Below, in pieces: positions 1 through 13,505 of a stretch of 64,000 nt of DNA (within the stretch, counting starts at the first letter, position 1; each line of letters begins with the position of its first letter). The position numbers and the translations under genes are program-made. Source of the stretch: Camelus ferus (taxonomy: Eukaryota); contig NC_045696.1 of the NCBI RefSeq assembly GCF_009834535.1, positions 48,176,001-48,240,000 of the forward strand, read 5' to 3'. A model generated the notes under the pieces. It ran no database searches. It was not told the DNA's origin and saw only the letters and a list, made by a program, of their open reading frames with translations.

Positions 1-224
1 ACACCAATTCAGAGACCCAACTTCAAACAAGTTTAACCATCTAGAATTAGCCACAGAATAGAAAATAGTGAAGAACTTATAGAAAACCTCTGAGTATGGA
101 AAGAACTATCACAGATTCTGTGGGCCTAATTTTACATTTATTTTTAAATTACAGAAAATACACAAGTATAGATTATCAAAATTTAAGGATTTAGAGTAAA
201 AAAAAGAAAGCTTAGATTTTTGAC

Positions 225-720
225 TAAATATGGTAGATTTTTGGCTGAGTGGAGCACATACATGTTAACCCATGCTTCCTCCTAAAACCCCAATAACAGG
301 GCAGTAAGGTGATTCTTTTTAAAGTTGTAAATCCACAGTGGCAAGGAAGAGCACTGAGGAGATGACAACACAGTAGATGGATGAAAGCTGAAATCAGCAG
401 ACCAAAGGAATGGAGATCTGGACTGGGTAGGGGTGAAGCCCAGTAGCCAGGCAGTTTGGGCCATGTGGAGATATGAGGCATCTCTGAAACTGGGAGTGAG
501 TACGACAGAAAAGCGGGATTATTATTATTATTACTAGCTAGACTGTTTAAGAAATGGATCCCTAGATTTCCTCCTTCAGCTGACGCTGTCAGGAACCCAC
601 TGCCCCCTTCCTCTGAGTGCAAGCAGGTGGATTTTCTGGAGAGGTGTAGTCAGTGATTTAGGGACATGAGGCATGGACGTTTCAGAGTCTGGGAGGAAGG
701 TGTGACTGAGTGTGTGGGAA
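225..720 (+). mobile_element. Ancient L1/HAL1-like 5' region remnant
   Basis: Starts aatatggtag...gagcacatacatgttaacccatgcttcctcctaaaacccc, resembling degraded old L1M/HAL1 5' ends; highly diverged. Confidence 0.35.
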
Positions 721-2179
721 GAGGATTAGAGGACTGTGGAATGTATGTCTTTTAAGCCTTGTAGAAATTGTTTATTTTAACAACATAAATAGCTTTGTTA
801 AAAAAAAAATTAAAGTGATTTCTCCTCTCTCCTCACTGTAGGACTTAACAATTAAAAGATTCTCTCAGGCTGTCACATGGAATCCAGTATATTTTGGGTC
901 CATATGAATATTACAGTGTGATTTATATTCCAGTGTTACTTCAGTATTCTGGAGAGAAGGGAAGAATTTGTATGATAAGAAAGAGATACATGAAAAATTA
1001 TTTTTTCTTTTTACCATTTTATTATGGTAGATTTTTTCAATAAAATATCAAAATCATCAAAATACAATTTATTACCAGCAGTGTTCTGATTCCTGGTGTG
1101 AGACGTCTTAGAATAGAACCAGAGGTTTTAAAAGTTTCATCCTATCTCTGATTCAGTCTCCAGCAAATAGCTCTATGACTTATACTCAATTTACTGTCAG
1201 ATGTAAATAAGATTTGCATCTTGTTTGGTCAAACATGTAACAACGTTGATTTAGTGCCCACCAGTGAGCTGAGCAGTGAACAGATCCTTCCCTGCAAATG
1301 ATGACATCTTATCCTGAGGCCTAAAATGGAGTGTCTTCTTATAACCAAAGTGTTTCTTACGCTAAAGATGAACTTGACATATTGAATGTATGACTGAGAA
1401 TAATGTATGACCGAGAAAAATCCGAGAATTTTTACCTCCAAATCAATGAGTGTTGTTCTTTTCAAAGTATTCACTTTGGAAAATTAGATACCAATAGTAA
1501 GTCATGCTGTTTTAGTTCTTTCTTTGAATTTCCTTCTTTTGGAACCTGAAGAATGGTTTTTAGCCCTATCCTGAGAATAGACCAAGAGCATTTGAAGCTA
1601 AGCCTAATGAATGTTTGTTAGATAAGAAAGTCAGAAAGTTCCATTTTAGGAAATAAAGTTGAGGAGGGGCAAGACAGAAGTGCCTCTGAGTTTCGTATGT
1701 GACAGCTGAAGAATTCTAATGGCTGAACATTTTTTGTTTAGGTCACTATTTCAAAGGGATTACCCATTGGATAGATAGATGTTAACATATTAAATAGCTC
1801 ATGTTCACTCAACAACTTACATCTTAACTAGTCAGATGTATTTTGATTTAATGCTTTAATTCTTTGTATGTGTAGCTGCATTCATGGCAGCTTCGTTTGT
1901 CTGAATTTGGCAACTCCTGTGAGGTCGTTTTCTGTAAACTTAGTGCATTGCCATCATCAATCAGGTAATTAAACATTTGTGTTGTTGTATATGATGAATT
2001 TAATAGTGGAGATAATGTGCATGCATTCAGAGACTGCTGAAGTTTGCACAGACCATAAGCAAAGCACAGCACATCTTTAGACTGTGGACAAGCACACAGT
2101 TAAAGTCCTGAGGACTACAGCAAGGACCGGGGTGGTTAGAGGACCGGTTAGTTAAAGAAGGGTTCATAAAATCAAGGGA

Positions 2180-2335
2180 TGTGAGTTGTTCATATCGTTC
2201 AGTCAAATTCCCTCATTTTATAGAGGGGTAAATAGAGTCCCAGGGAGGGACTAGTATGAATGGAAGAGCAGGACTCCAGTTCCAGGGTTTGGGGCTTTGT
2301 TTCCTTATGTCTCTCCCTGCTCCAAGCTGCTGCAT
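2180..2335 (-). mobile_element. MIR SINE fragment
   Basis: Core-like ccctcattttatagaggggtaaatagagtcccagggaggg. Confidence 0.55.
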
Positions 2336-4689
2336 GCCTTTGAAGTATGTAGTTTGCCTTTAATGCTTTCTTACCTAAAATCTCATCCCTCTTCTTTTTT
2401 CTCTTTCTTTTCCAAGCCTCTGTACTAAAAATGTCCCCGCACATTTCTTTCCTCTCAACTTGAAGTTCTTTTATATTGAAGGGGGAAGGTTCTGAAAGCC
2501 TCTGATCTAAGCTGGCATGAGCCTGCTGTGGGGTGAGGTGAAAAGCTAAGAGGAATTTGCCTCCAAACCGTGAAGCAGAGACCACTATTAGTGAAATTTC
2601 TAGCAATTCGTTTCTTTTGGATAGGTTTTTCCTGCCCCTTGGTGTAATAGAACTGTGGTAAAAATATTGAAAGATAAGTAATCAGACCCTTTCTCCCTGT
2701 TATCAGGAGGATTCATTATGCTACTCGGATCACAGTTCTTTACTGCTGATAAGAGTCATGGATGGAGAAGACAACTGGGGGAAACTGAGCAAACTTAAGT
2801 TAATTTACATTCTGGGCCTGCACCTGGGCTTGGAGGAAGAGAAAGGTTTAGAAGGCAAGAAGGCAGCAGCAGAAAAGGAGATGGAGTAGTGAAACTAAGA
2901 AAGTCTGGAGGAATTTTGAGTTTGGGTGAGAAGAGTTTTTTACCAGCTGCTTTCTGGAGTGGAAATCCGGGAGAAGCAGATATGGGTAGAGGAGATTTTA
3001 AGTTTTTCATGAGAGTCATTAGATGCAGTTCTTCCTTTTTTGCCTGCACAAGAGACTTCACCATAGACATACTGCTTTTCAAGTCTTTGAGGAATTAGAT
3101 TTTTGTTTTATTGGGTGTATAACCATACTAAGATGGGCTGAAAGTTGGAGCAAAAAAAAAAAAGTTCCATTTAGAAAGTACAGCTATTCATTTTTAATGC
3201 CTTTCCTCTTTCCCACAATGCCTAGCCCAATTTTTCATAATCTGCATTGATAAGAAAAATGATTGTGTGTCTGGAACCAAAAGGATGAGATGGGATATGA
3301 ATTTAATTAATGCTTATAAACAGCTGAGTGGAGGAAATGGTGACCAACATGCTAAGTGATTTTGCTGTCATCTCTATTTTTGAAATGTTACAAAGATTAA
3401 CTGTAGAAAATGAAATCTATTGACTTACTGGCTAGTTAACAAGCCCAGTCCCTGACCAGTGAGATTAAATTTTCCAATAGTACTTTCTAGACACTGTCAT
3501 TAGTAGCTTATCCCATAATCTGGCTACTTTATTTGTGATGTGAGTGAAGACAAGTCCTAAATGCACTTATTGTACAAGTTTAAAAAATATCTGGGGCAGC
3601 ATTGGAGATATAGAAAGAACACATTTCACTCCTCTTGGCATCCCTTTTCCAACCATAATTCTAACCTCCCATTATCTCCTGGTCTGGAATGTGACACTAA
3701 TCTAGATGACTGTTTGTTTCATGGCAGCCTTGTTTTTTCAATCACAATAAAAACAGAAGTGGCAGGATATTAGAGACAAAATGGATAGTGCTAAAAAAAT
3801 TACAGTTTAACTTCTCATTTATCAATGTAATTGAAAGTTACTAGCAGGGTGTGTGGTGCCAGTGCTTCTATCAAGGCATGAGTAATCTATTTATGCAGCG
3901 TAATTCATCCTTCTGAGGTTCTAATGAGGACTGCTTAATTCAGGTTTTAATCAAACCTGACAAATCATCGTTGAAGTTGGCAATAGGCTTCTTCACAGGT
4001 GCCACTTTCTTGCTAGTTTGACGTGGCTTAGATTCATCTCCCTTTCCACATGGTCCTTTTAGGCTTCACTAATTGTACCAACAAAACCAAAATGCCAAAT
4101 ATTTCTGATTTTCCTTCAACACCAAAATGTCAGGTATTTCTGGTCCTGTTTTGACTCTTCAGTGCCATTAGTAGCAACTATTTTTTATTTATTACTATTT
4201 TTAATATTGGAAATACTGAAGAAAGAAAAAAAATTTTTTTATAAACACATTTATCCTGTTTTACCAAATATATGCATTCCTTGAGCAGATTCACGTTCCA
4301 AATCTCGCTCTAATCCAGTGATACATTTGATTTAGACACAATCCATCTGCTGACGGTTGGTGGTGGAGGGTGCACCAACTCAAATGTACTCAGGAGCCCC
4401 AGAGCCTGAAAGCTGATATCTCATTCAGAAAACAAAGCTAGTCTTTTTCCAGGAGAGAGTACACAGCAGATGGGGGATTCATAGCACAAAAAGAAATGGT
4501 GGTTTAATGTATGGATTTCAGTACTGCAGAAATCAGTGTCGAAGCTTGTAATCTTCACTGCTAACCCGTGACCTGGAAAAGATGTTTAATCAGTCGGCTC
4601 CATGCCCTAGAATACGGTTATGACCTCTAAAAAGAGTGAAGGGTATTCTGCTAATTTAAGTTTCTCCCTAAAAACACCTTTATAATTAC

Positions 4690-4915
4690 ACACAGCCTTT
4701 CGGTTTCCAAATCCCTTTAGCATGTTTCAATCATTTTTCTTAACAGTAATCTTTTGAAGCAGGTAATACACGTAACAACCTCTGGTTTTATAGCTAAACC
4801 AACAAAATCAGAGAGGGTAATTTATTTGCCCAAGGCCATACAGTTGGAAGAAATGGAATCTGACCTCCAGTCCAGTTATGTCAACTCTGAGATTTGTGTC
4901 CTTTCCACTGCTACA
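4690..4915 (-). mobile_element. MIR SINE
   Basis: cagagagggtaatttatttgcccaaggccatacag matches the MIR core in reverse orientation. Confidence 0.7.
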
Positions 4916-5122
4916 TGGTACCTCATTGACGTCAGGGGAGACCAGCCTTGGACAGAATTCTTGCTGTATCTAAAATGATCTTTACCATGATCTGGGAAAT
5001 AAGACTCTTTATTTAGGCCACCTGTAATTCTTTGGAAGGTTGTATAAATAAGACAATCCCTAAGGACTTATTTGTAATTCCAAGCCATTTGCTATTTATC
5101 AAGCCCATCTTTCATTATAGAC

Positions 5123-5632
5123 TGTTTTGAGTGAAATAAAATCACACAATGTGAGAGTGGTGAGTTAAGTTTTATTTGGGGCAAAATGAGGTCTATAGCC
5201 TGGGAGATAGTATTTCAGACAGCTCTGAGAAACTGTTTCAAAGAGGCGGGGGGAACTCAGTACTATGTATGATTTTATTGAAGAGGGTACGTGCAGTCAA
5301 GTACACAATTAGGCAGAGGCTTGCTGCTAGTCACAAGGAGCATATGTCACTGGTAATGATTTTAATATTTTTCTAGATATTAGGAGATGCAAGGATTTGG
5401 CCTCATAAAATCTTCCCCTGAAAATATCTTAACTATCTGAAGATCTGTTCTTCCAGTTTTCCCAGAGCACAGAGTGCCTCATTCCTGATCTCCACCCTGA
5501 ACTCCTTTCAGGGTGTGCTGAAGGTCAGCGGCTGCAGCAGCTGCGACTTAATCCTAACAGAGGTGGATGGCAAGTGCCAGTGTGACTTAACCATTGCAGA
5601 GGCAGATGGCAAGTACCAGTTTTTAGTTGGCA
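5123..5632 (-). mobile_element. ERV1-class solo LTR, cetartiodactyl MER41-like
   Basis: ~510 bp ending ...gttggCA; motifs cagacagctctgagaaactg, aggagatgcaag, ctgaactcctttcagggtg; AATAAA on minus strand near 5172; possible 4-bp TSD actg/cctg. Confidence 0.7.
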
Positions 5633-5779
5633 CCTGTATCAAATGCAGACACTTTTGGCTTACGGGAATACTAATTCCTAACTGTGGATACCAAACATAC
5701 TGCTCTAAAATCAGATGTTGTTTCCCCTCAAGCATTATGGCAAATCTCCAGTCTCATTCTTGTACTGTAGCTCACAGAA

Positions 5780-5900
5780 ATATTTAGCTGGGAGAAACCT
5801 AAGAGAGCACATAGAATAACATAGTTATCTAAAGCAAAAGAAACTGAGGACCAGCGAGGTTAAGTATTTTATTTAAGGGCATTAACTAGGAACTACCAGA
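5780..5900 (-). mobile_element. MIR fragment
   Basis: gaaactgaggaccagcgaggttaagt core. Confidence 0.55.
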
Positions 5901-5942
5901 GTCTCTCACTCTTTAGATCATCGGAATCCATAATCATTTAGA

Positions 5943-5975
5943 GGATGCATTTAAAGGATGGATGCATTTAAAGGA
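5943..5975. repeat. 17-bp-period tandem duplication (ggatgcatttaaagga x2)
   Basis: Two perfect 16-bp copies separated by one T. Confidence 0.9.
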
Positions 5976-6790
5976 CTACTTAACAAAGTTCTGCTGTAGG
6001 CATTGCTGAAGGTGGTTTTGCTCAGATTTGGGTGGGGAGCTCTTCTGGATGGACTTGCTCAAGCACTGAAGGTTGAGAATCAGAGCTAGCTGGGGATTAA
6101 GCCTTCTGCATCTGCTATGTCCTTATTTATAAAACAGCATCACACAGAAAAGCTCTGTTTTTTTCTTTAATAGAAGTTGCCTTCATTTTTATCAAGGTTA
6201 CAGGTAGGATCTTATTAACTTAACTCCTAACCTGTCAATGGTGGACATAGGAGAAAGTCCATGGGCTGTGATATGGAGTTGAATAGCATATGGAGGAGGT
6301 AGGCTGACCACACTGAAGGCAGGCAATCTCAAAGTTAATCAAGGCAAAGGCCCGGGTGATTATCTGACTTTTCCTGATATGATCCCTCATTGCCATGACT
6401 TTGGGAGAATGCTGAAACAGGAAAGGGATGGTGAAGTGTTGAAATCAGAGAAGGTGTTTTAAAACCTCACATTTAAAAGAGTAAGTCAAGCGAGTGGGCT
6501 AAGCACATAATCCTGTCTACCTTACCTGTTTCAAACTAGTGAAATCACAGACTGATTTTTTAATCTGTAAATGTTTTGGAAATCATGTACCAGCAGGGAA
6601 GAACACATTTTGAAGAATTTCTGGAAGACTAAAAGCAGATCTGATTCGCAGAAAAAACAAGAGTAGAAATAAATTAGCCCCAAACTGGAACAGAGAAGAA
6701 TTGACAGAAAGAAAATTTTGAAGAAAATTCAAGCTTAGAGTTAAATGTACAGATCAGAAATGGGTAATAATACTATCATTAGGTTAATTT

Positions 6791-9700
6791 TTAAAAAATA
6801 GAAATATGGTTGACATACAATATTATGATAGTTTCAGGTGGGCTACATAATGATTTGACATTTGCATACATTATGAAATAATCACCACAGAGTCTAGTAA
6901 CCATGTTTTCATACAAAGTTATAATATTATTGATCACTTTTCTTGTGCTGTATATTATATTGCCAAGACTTTTATTATATACTTGGAGGTTTATACCCTT
7001 TATCTCTTGCCCATCTCTCTGTCCCCCTGCCCTTTCTGGGAACCATCCATTTGTTCTTTGTATCTATGAGTTTGCTTTCATTTTGTTTTGTTTGTTTTGT
7101 ATTTTTAGATTCCACATATAAGTGAGATCATGTGATATTTTTCTTTCTCTGTCTGACTTATTTTATTTAGCATAATACCCTCTGGATCGATCCATGTTGT
7201 CAGAGATGGCAAGATTTTATTCTTTTCTATGGAATATTCCATTATATGTATATGTGTGTGTGTGTGTGTGTATGTGTATATATATATATCTCACATCTTC
7301 TTTACCATTTGTCTATTGGTGGATACTCAGATTGCTTCTATATCTTGGCTATTCTGAATAATGTTGCATGAACATTGGACTGCATACATCTTTTGAAACT
7401 AGTGTTTTTATTTTCTTTGGGTGAAAAACCAGAAGTGAAATTACTATTTTTAATTTTTTGAGGAACCCACATACAGTTTTTCATGGTGGCTACACCAGTT
7501 CACACCAACTGTGTGCAGAAAGTTGCCTTTTCTCCATATCCTTGCCAGCGTTTCTCTGAAGATTAGTGATGTTGGGCACCTTTTCGTGTGTAGGTTGGCC
7601 ATCTGTACATCTTCAGGAAAATACCTATTCAAGTCCTCTGCCCATTTTTAAATCAGGTTAGTTTTTTTTGTTGTTGTTGAGTTGTATGAGTTCTTTGTGT
7701 ATTTTGGATATTATTTCTTCTTTGTCTCTTGTTACAGTCTTTGTTTTAATATACATACATATATGTGTGTGTGTATATATATATGATTGTTTTAAGGATA
7801 ATGATCTCAAGTTTGAATGCATTCTAACAAACCTGCATTTTTATTCCACCTGCTCACTTTTAATGTTTTTGACCTCATAGTTCACATCTTTTTTTGTGTA
7901 GATCCTTTAACTACTTATTGTAGATATACATGATTACAATACTTTTGTCTTTTACTTTTCCTACCAGTTTTGTAAGTGACTGACATACTACCTCTACTGT
8001 ATATTTGCCTTTGCTAATGATGTTTTTCCTTTTGTGAGTTTCCTAATTTGTCTTGTCTTTTCTGTTTTAAAGTCCCTTTAAAATTTTTTGTAAAGCTAGC
8101 TTAGTGGTCCTGAGATCTTTTAGCTTTTGCTTGTCTGTAAAACTCTTTATCTCTCTTTCACATCTGAATGATAGCCTTGCCTGATAGGGTATTCTTGGTT
8201 ATAGGTCCCCTCCCCCCAGCTTTTCATCATTTTGAATATATCATGCCACTCCCTTTTGCCCGGCAAAGTTTCTGCTGAAAAGTCTGCTGAGAGCCTTATG
8301 TGAGTTGCCTGGCATCTAACTAGTTGCTTTATCTGAATGCTATTAAGATACTCTCTTTATCTTTAATTTCTGCCGTTTTAATCATAATATGTCTTGGTGT
8401 GGACCTCTTTGGGAAATCTTGTTTGGGACTCTCTGTGCTTCCTGGACCTGGATGTCTGTTTCCTTTTCTAAGTTAGGGATGTTTTCAGCTTTTTTTCCCT
8501 TCGTGTAAGTTCTCTGCCCTTTTCTTTCTCTTTTCTACTTCTGAGACCCCTATAATGTGAATGTTAGTATACCTGATGGTGTCCCTAAAGTCTCTTGATT
8601 AATTCTCATTAAAAAAATTCTGTTGTCTTTTTTCTATTCAGCTTGAATGATTTCCACTACTGTGTCTTCCAGGGTGTGGATCTATTCCTCTGTATCCTCT
8701 AATCTACAGTTGATTCCTTCCAGTGTGTTTTTTATTTCAGTTATTGTATTCTTCAGGTTCATTTGGTTCTTCTTTACATTTTGTAACTCTCTGTTAAAAT
8801 TCTCACTGTTTTCATTCTTCTTTGGAGTTTGTTGAGTATCTTTATGATCATTACCTTGAACTCTGTGTCTGTTAAATTGCTCATCTCCTTGTCATTTAGT
8901 TCTTTTTCTGAGGTTTTGTCTTGTTCCTTTGTTTGGAACGCATTTCTCTATTTCCTACTATGTCTACTTCTCTGTGTTTTTTCTCATGTAGTAGATAAGA
9001 TGAGTTGCACTGTCTGATCTTGAAGTGGCCTTATATAGGAGATGTTTTGTAGGGCCAGCAGCACACCCTCCTCTGGTCACCAGAGCTATATGCCCTAGAG
9101 TGCCTCTTAATGTGGGCTATATGACCCTTATTTTCGTGGTGGGGCCAACTACTGTGGATGTGCTGGTGGCAGGGCTGGGCCCTGGCCTGGTTGGCTGCCA
9201 GACCCAGTCTCATGCAGGGTCTCCTGGCCCAGTGGTGGGCCTGTCTGGGTTTTGGTTCAGCTGGCTGCCGTTCTTGGCTCACTGTGTGGCTGAGGGTTCT
9301 TGTGGCTGGTGCCTGCCCACTGGCTGCAGGCTGGGTCCTGGGGTTGCTGGCTGTGAGGCTTGAAGGGTCTTGGATCTGGTGCTGGTCTGCTGGTGTGTGT
9401 GAGGTCCTGGGACAACTGGCTGCAGGGCCTAGGGAGTCGGGGCAGCAGGGACTGGTGCTGGCCTGCTCATGGACACAGCTGGGTCCTGGGGAGCTACTTG
9501 TGGGGCCTGGGGTGGCCAGGGTTTGGTGCTGGCCTGTTGACACTGGAGCTGGGTCCTGGGACAGCTGACTGTGGGCCCTGGTGGGGTCTGGGGCTGGTGC
9601 TGGCCTGCCCCTAGTGCTAATATGCTGAAGGGTGGACTCCAGAATGGTGCTTGCCAGCCCCAGTGTCCTCATGGTAGAATAAGCCCCCCAAATTGGCTGC

Positions 9701-10225
9701 CATCAGTGTCTGTGTCCCAGGGGGAGCCACAGTTGCAGACTCCAGGATAGTAAGTGGATCTGACCCAAGCTCCTTTCAAATTACTGCCTCTGTTTTGGGA
9801 CTCAGAGTATGTGAGGTTTTGCATGAGCTCTTTAAGAGAGGAGTCTCTTGTCCCCACAGACTCTGGCTCCCCCGTGTACATGCCCTGCCAGCCTTCGAAG
9901 CCAACATTCTGGGGGCTCATATTCCCAGTGCAGGACCCCTGGGCTGGAGAGCCCAGTGTGGGGCTCGGACCCCTTGCTCCTTGAGGAGAACCTCTGCAGT
10001 GTGGTTATCTGCCCTTTGTGGGTTTCCTGCTTGGGGCCATATACTGCTTTTCTGTCTCCTATTGTGGCTCCTTCTGTATAGCTTTAGTTGTGGAAAATCT
10101 TTTCTACTAGGCTTCAGGTCATTCTTATAGCTAGTTGCTGTGTACACATTGTAAATTTTGGTGTGCTCGTGGGAGGAGGTGAGAGCTCCAGGTCTCCCTA
10201 CTTTGCCATCTTGGCCACAGCTCTG
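6791..10225 (-). mobile_element. LINE-1, internally deleted (5'UTR, decayed ORF1, ORF2 remnants, 3'UTR)
   Basis: TSD taggttaattt at 6780-6790 and 10226-10236; 5' end AAGATGGC (YY1-type) motif; GC-rich repetitive 5'UTR ~9000-10225; ORF 7450-7632 ([26 protein letters not shown]) matches the ORF2p C-terminus. Confidence 0.9.
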
Positions 10226-10984
10226 TAGGTTAATTTCTTACGGTGTACCTTTGGTAACATTCTTCCACTCAATTCTTCACGCCCCGCCTTTTAGGGATCT
10301 TCTAGGTTTAGAATTTACTCTAGGATTAGGTCCTAAGAATGCCTCACCAATTAACATGCCCTGCATGTAGACATAGTTCTTATATTAGATACTGAGGGTG
10401 AACAGAGGAGTGAGGTAGACCCTGAGGTAACTGTGGACGTTTATAATAGACAGGAAAGCAAAAACTGCAATTCCTTTTAGACATAAACTATGCTACTTTT
10501 TTTTTTTAACTTCCTCAGAACTCTCCTTACATGGCAAACTTGGGAGTACTTAGCCTGCCTGTTTCCACCCCTCCATGCGCAGTAAGGGGAGTTTATCAAA
10601 TACCTCCTCCCCATCCGTTCTAGAGAAGTAGTCAGCAGTGCCTCCCTCCCATAGAATACAGGAGAAGGAAATATCAGAGCCACAGAGAAGACTCAAATTC
10701 GGTCCTTAGATTAGCTAACCTAGATCTCTGCATGTAAATAGAAACAGAAAATGAAGAGTCATCAAACATTTGAGATAAGTCAACAGTATTAAGAGGAGGA
10801 CCATATGAATAAACAGGACCAACTCAAGTGAAAACAGAGGTAATTTGGAAATAGGTTTTAACCTCACAAAAACTTTTTTTTTAGTAATTTCAGAGATTGG
10901 GGATAATTTTAAATTCATAAAGAAGATGAAAAGACTATGAAGAATTAGTAATGAGAAAACCAAACCAATTTCTATTAAGCGATA

Positions 10985-11009
10985 ACAACAACAACAACAA
11001 CAACAACAA
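10985..11009. repeat. (AAC)n microsatellite
   Basis: Eight tandem aac units. Confidence 0.95.
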
Positions 11010-11319
11010 AAATCAAGAGAGAGGCTAAAAAGTTGGATGGCTGTCGGTGAAGAACAAGTTATTGATCTGAATGTTAAAATTGAAATTTAATTTAAGACCA
11101 GAAAGAATGAAGGCAGGAAATAAATAAATGTAGAAGAAAATTTTCCTGAATTGTAGAAAGACTCAAGACTTTAATTTGTAAAAGCTCATCATATACTAAG
11201 CTGGAGAAAAATACAAATATCCACCTATACAACTCCAGGTTAAATTTCTGGATTCTAAAGACAAAGACAAACCTCTAAAAGGCTCCAGGGAATACAACAG
11301 CAAAGCTACTTATTCAGCA

Positions 11320-11897
11320 GATATTGCTGGTTGTCTGTCGGCAACCCATTCTTCAGTCTCCTTTTTTTGCTAGAAGAATTTTGCTTTATCAGGTTACTGG
11401 TAGGTTCTGTGCTTCTTCAGGGAGGGTTGACCTCTTCCTCAGGGGGAGAATTGTGATGCTCTTACTCCACTTGCAGCTATTGGTTTGGGCTTGGAAATGT
11501 TATTCAGTCTGGTTTACGGAACATAAAGTGAGGTATATTTCCAGAAGGAAGATCTGCTTTCTCAGATAAAGAGAGAAAGAAAAAATAAATATAGTCCCCC
11601 TTCTGCTGAAAGATATTATGGAAGGTTCATGTGATTGCTGGAATTATGGCAACCACGTCTTGGCCATAAAGACATTTGGTCAGTATAATTTAGATAGCAT
11701 TAAAAAAAATAGGAAAGTATTTGGGTTGTTAGCAACATTGTGAATTAATCCACACTGGCAACTGTCCTGCCAGTAGCTTAGGTTTTATGGTAAGAAAAGA
11801 GTTTTTTTTTGTTGTTGTTTGTTTGTTTTGTTTTTGTACCATTTGAGTTAAATGTTCTGTAACTTGTAACAGTAGCTGACTATGCTAATGGTGCAAA
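11320..11897 (+). mobile_element. Old MaLR LTR (MLT1J/K-like) nested in L1
   Basis: gattgctggaattatggcaaccacgtcttggccat and 3' end gttctgtaacttgtaacag. Confidence 0.55.
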
Positions 11898-13343
11898 AGA
11901 TCAAGAATATGGGTGGCATTACAATTCCCATTTAAACCCTGGCTACTAGAAGACATTGAAAAATAACTTCAATAAGAAATGTTCTCTTAACATAGGATTC
12001 TCCATCCAGTCAAACTACAGTCAAGTATTTTGCAGAGCCAAAGCTTCAAAACATTGATCAATTATAGTTGCCTTATGGAATAAAAAGGTGATTTGGAGAC
12101 ATGGTCATACAACATGAAAAAGGGATAGAAGTAAGAAAAAGGCATGCATTACCAAAAAATAAAAACAAGAACAAAACAGGAGAGACTGTCACAGAAAAAG
12201 TGAAGGAGGTTAGAAACAAAACAAAACAAAACAAAAAAACTCTTACAGTAGACATTATCATCTCAAAGATTAATTTTTATGTGGCAAAGTTTTAACAATA
12301 TAGGATAGTATTTCCTTCTCTGATGTAAAAATACAGCAATAAATACAAGCACTTCACTATCAAAATCAAAGTGATAAAACTATAATTGAATTATGGTATT
12401 AATGACAGAACGAATTGTATTAAAACTAAAGTAGAATCTACTTACATTCTTTTCACAGAAGATATTAACAAAATGCAGAGCTACATTAAATATAATGGGT
12501 TGGAACAAAAATATACCTGATACATACTTACAAAAAGAAAGCTGGTATCAATATTTAAAAAAAAATAGGCTTTAGATCTAATGGATTACATGAGGAGATG
12601 TATTCTATATTTTAAAGATTAATAAACCAGGAAGTTTTCATTTTTATTAACCTTTATGGTCTCATCATCCAAATATGAAGGGATATAAAGCAAATCCAAT
12701 CAAAGAAATGAACAATTCATGACTTTAAAGAAGATGAGGGAAACAATAAGTAAGATAGCAGAAATAGTTTGATTAACACAATAACTACATTCAATATAGT
12801 AGGTGTTAATATGTAACTTTGTACCAATAAACAGAAGATACACATTCTTTTCAAATATCCATGAAATATTTATAAAAATTGAGCATGTCATTACAGTACA
12901 AAGATAATCTCTGCTAGTTCCATGCAGGAGAAATTATGCAAAATAGATTTTCTAACCACAAGAAATAAAATGCAAATTAAGCAGAAAAATATATTCAAAA
13001 TAAGTGCATTCATTTTATATTCAAAATAGATTTCTGACATTTCTTAGAAATTATTTAAACATGCATCTGTGTAAATGGATTAAAAGGGATACTGAAATAT
13101 GTTGTTAAAATTGTTTTGGAAAATAACAAGGACAGGATTCACATATAAGACATTACTGACACAATTTGCTGAGAAAAATTAATAGTCTTGTGAACTATGT
13201 CTTCAGTTAAAAAAACTGGCCATATAAACCTAAAGGTAGTAGAGAAAGAAGCTAACAACGACAAAAGAGAAATTGATCAACTAGAGAAGTAAAGTCATGA
13301 ATAAGCATTAGGTAAAAGAAATCAGGTGCAAATACAGAGATTT

Positions 13344-13505
13344 AAAAAAAATTATTTACTTATTTAAGCTTGTTTTTTTCATGAGGGGGTTAATTATGTT
13401 TATTTGTTTATTTATTTAAAAAATGTTAATGGCAGTACTGGGGATTGAACCCAGGACCTGGTGCATGCTAAGCATGTGCTCTACCACTGAGATATACTCT
13501 CCCCT
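13344..13505 (-). mobile_element. tRNA-Ala(AGC)-derived SINE (camelid Vic-1 type)
   Basis: Minus strand: TATCTCAGTGG A-box, TTAGCAT anticodon loop, GGTTCAATCCC B-box, (TAAA)n tail; TSD aaata(c/t)agagattt at 13330-13343 and 13506-13519. Confidence 0.9.

Noticed and set aside
1876..1964. Possible plus-strand 89-nt exon (tgtag...CAG|gtaatt)
   Set aside because: Weak acceptor, unrecognised peptide, no partner exons
2795..3165. Minus-strand acceptor (T12-gctccaactttcag, exon would start at 3137) and nearby 95-aa ORF
   Set aside because: All frames stop within ~20 codons of the acceptor, there is no good donor, and the ORF is low-complexity without homology
9025..10147. Long overlapping ORFs (up to 213 aa) on both strands
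   Set aside because: They lie in the GC-rich repetitive L1 5'UTR, where stop codons are rare; no protein homology recognised
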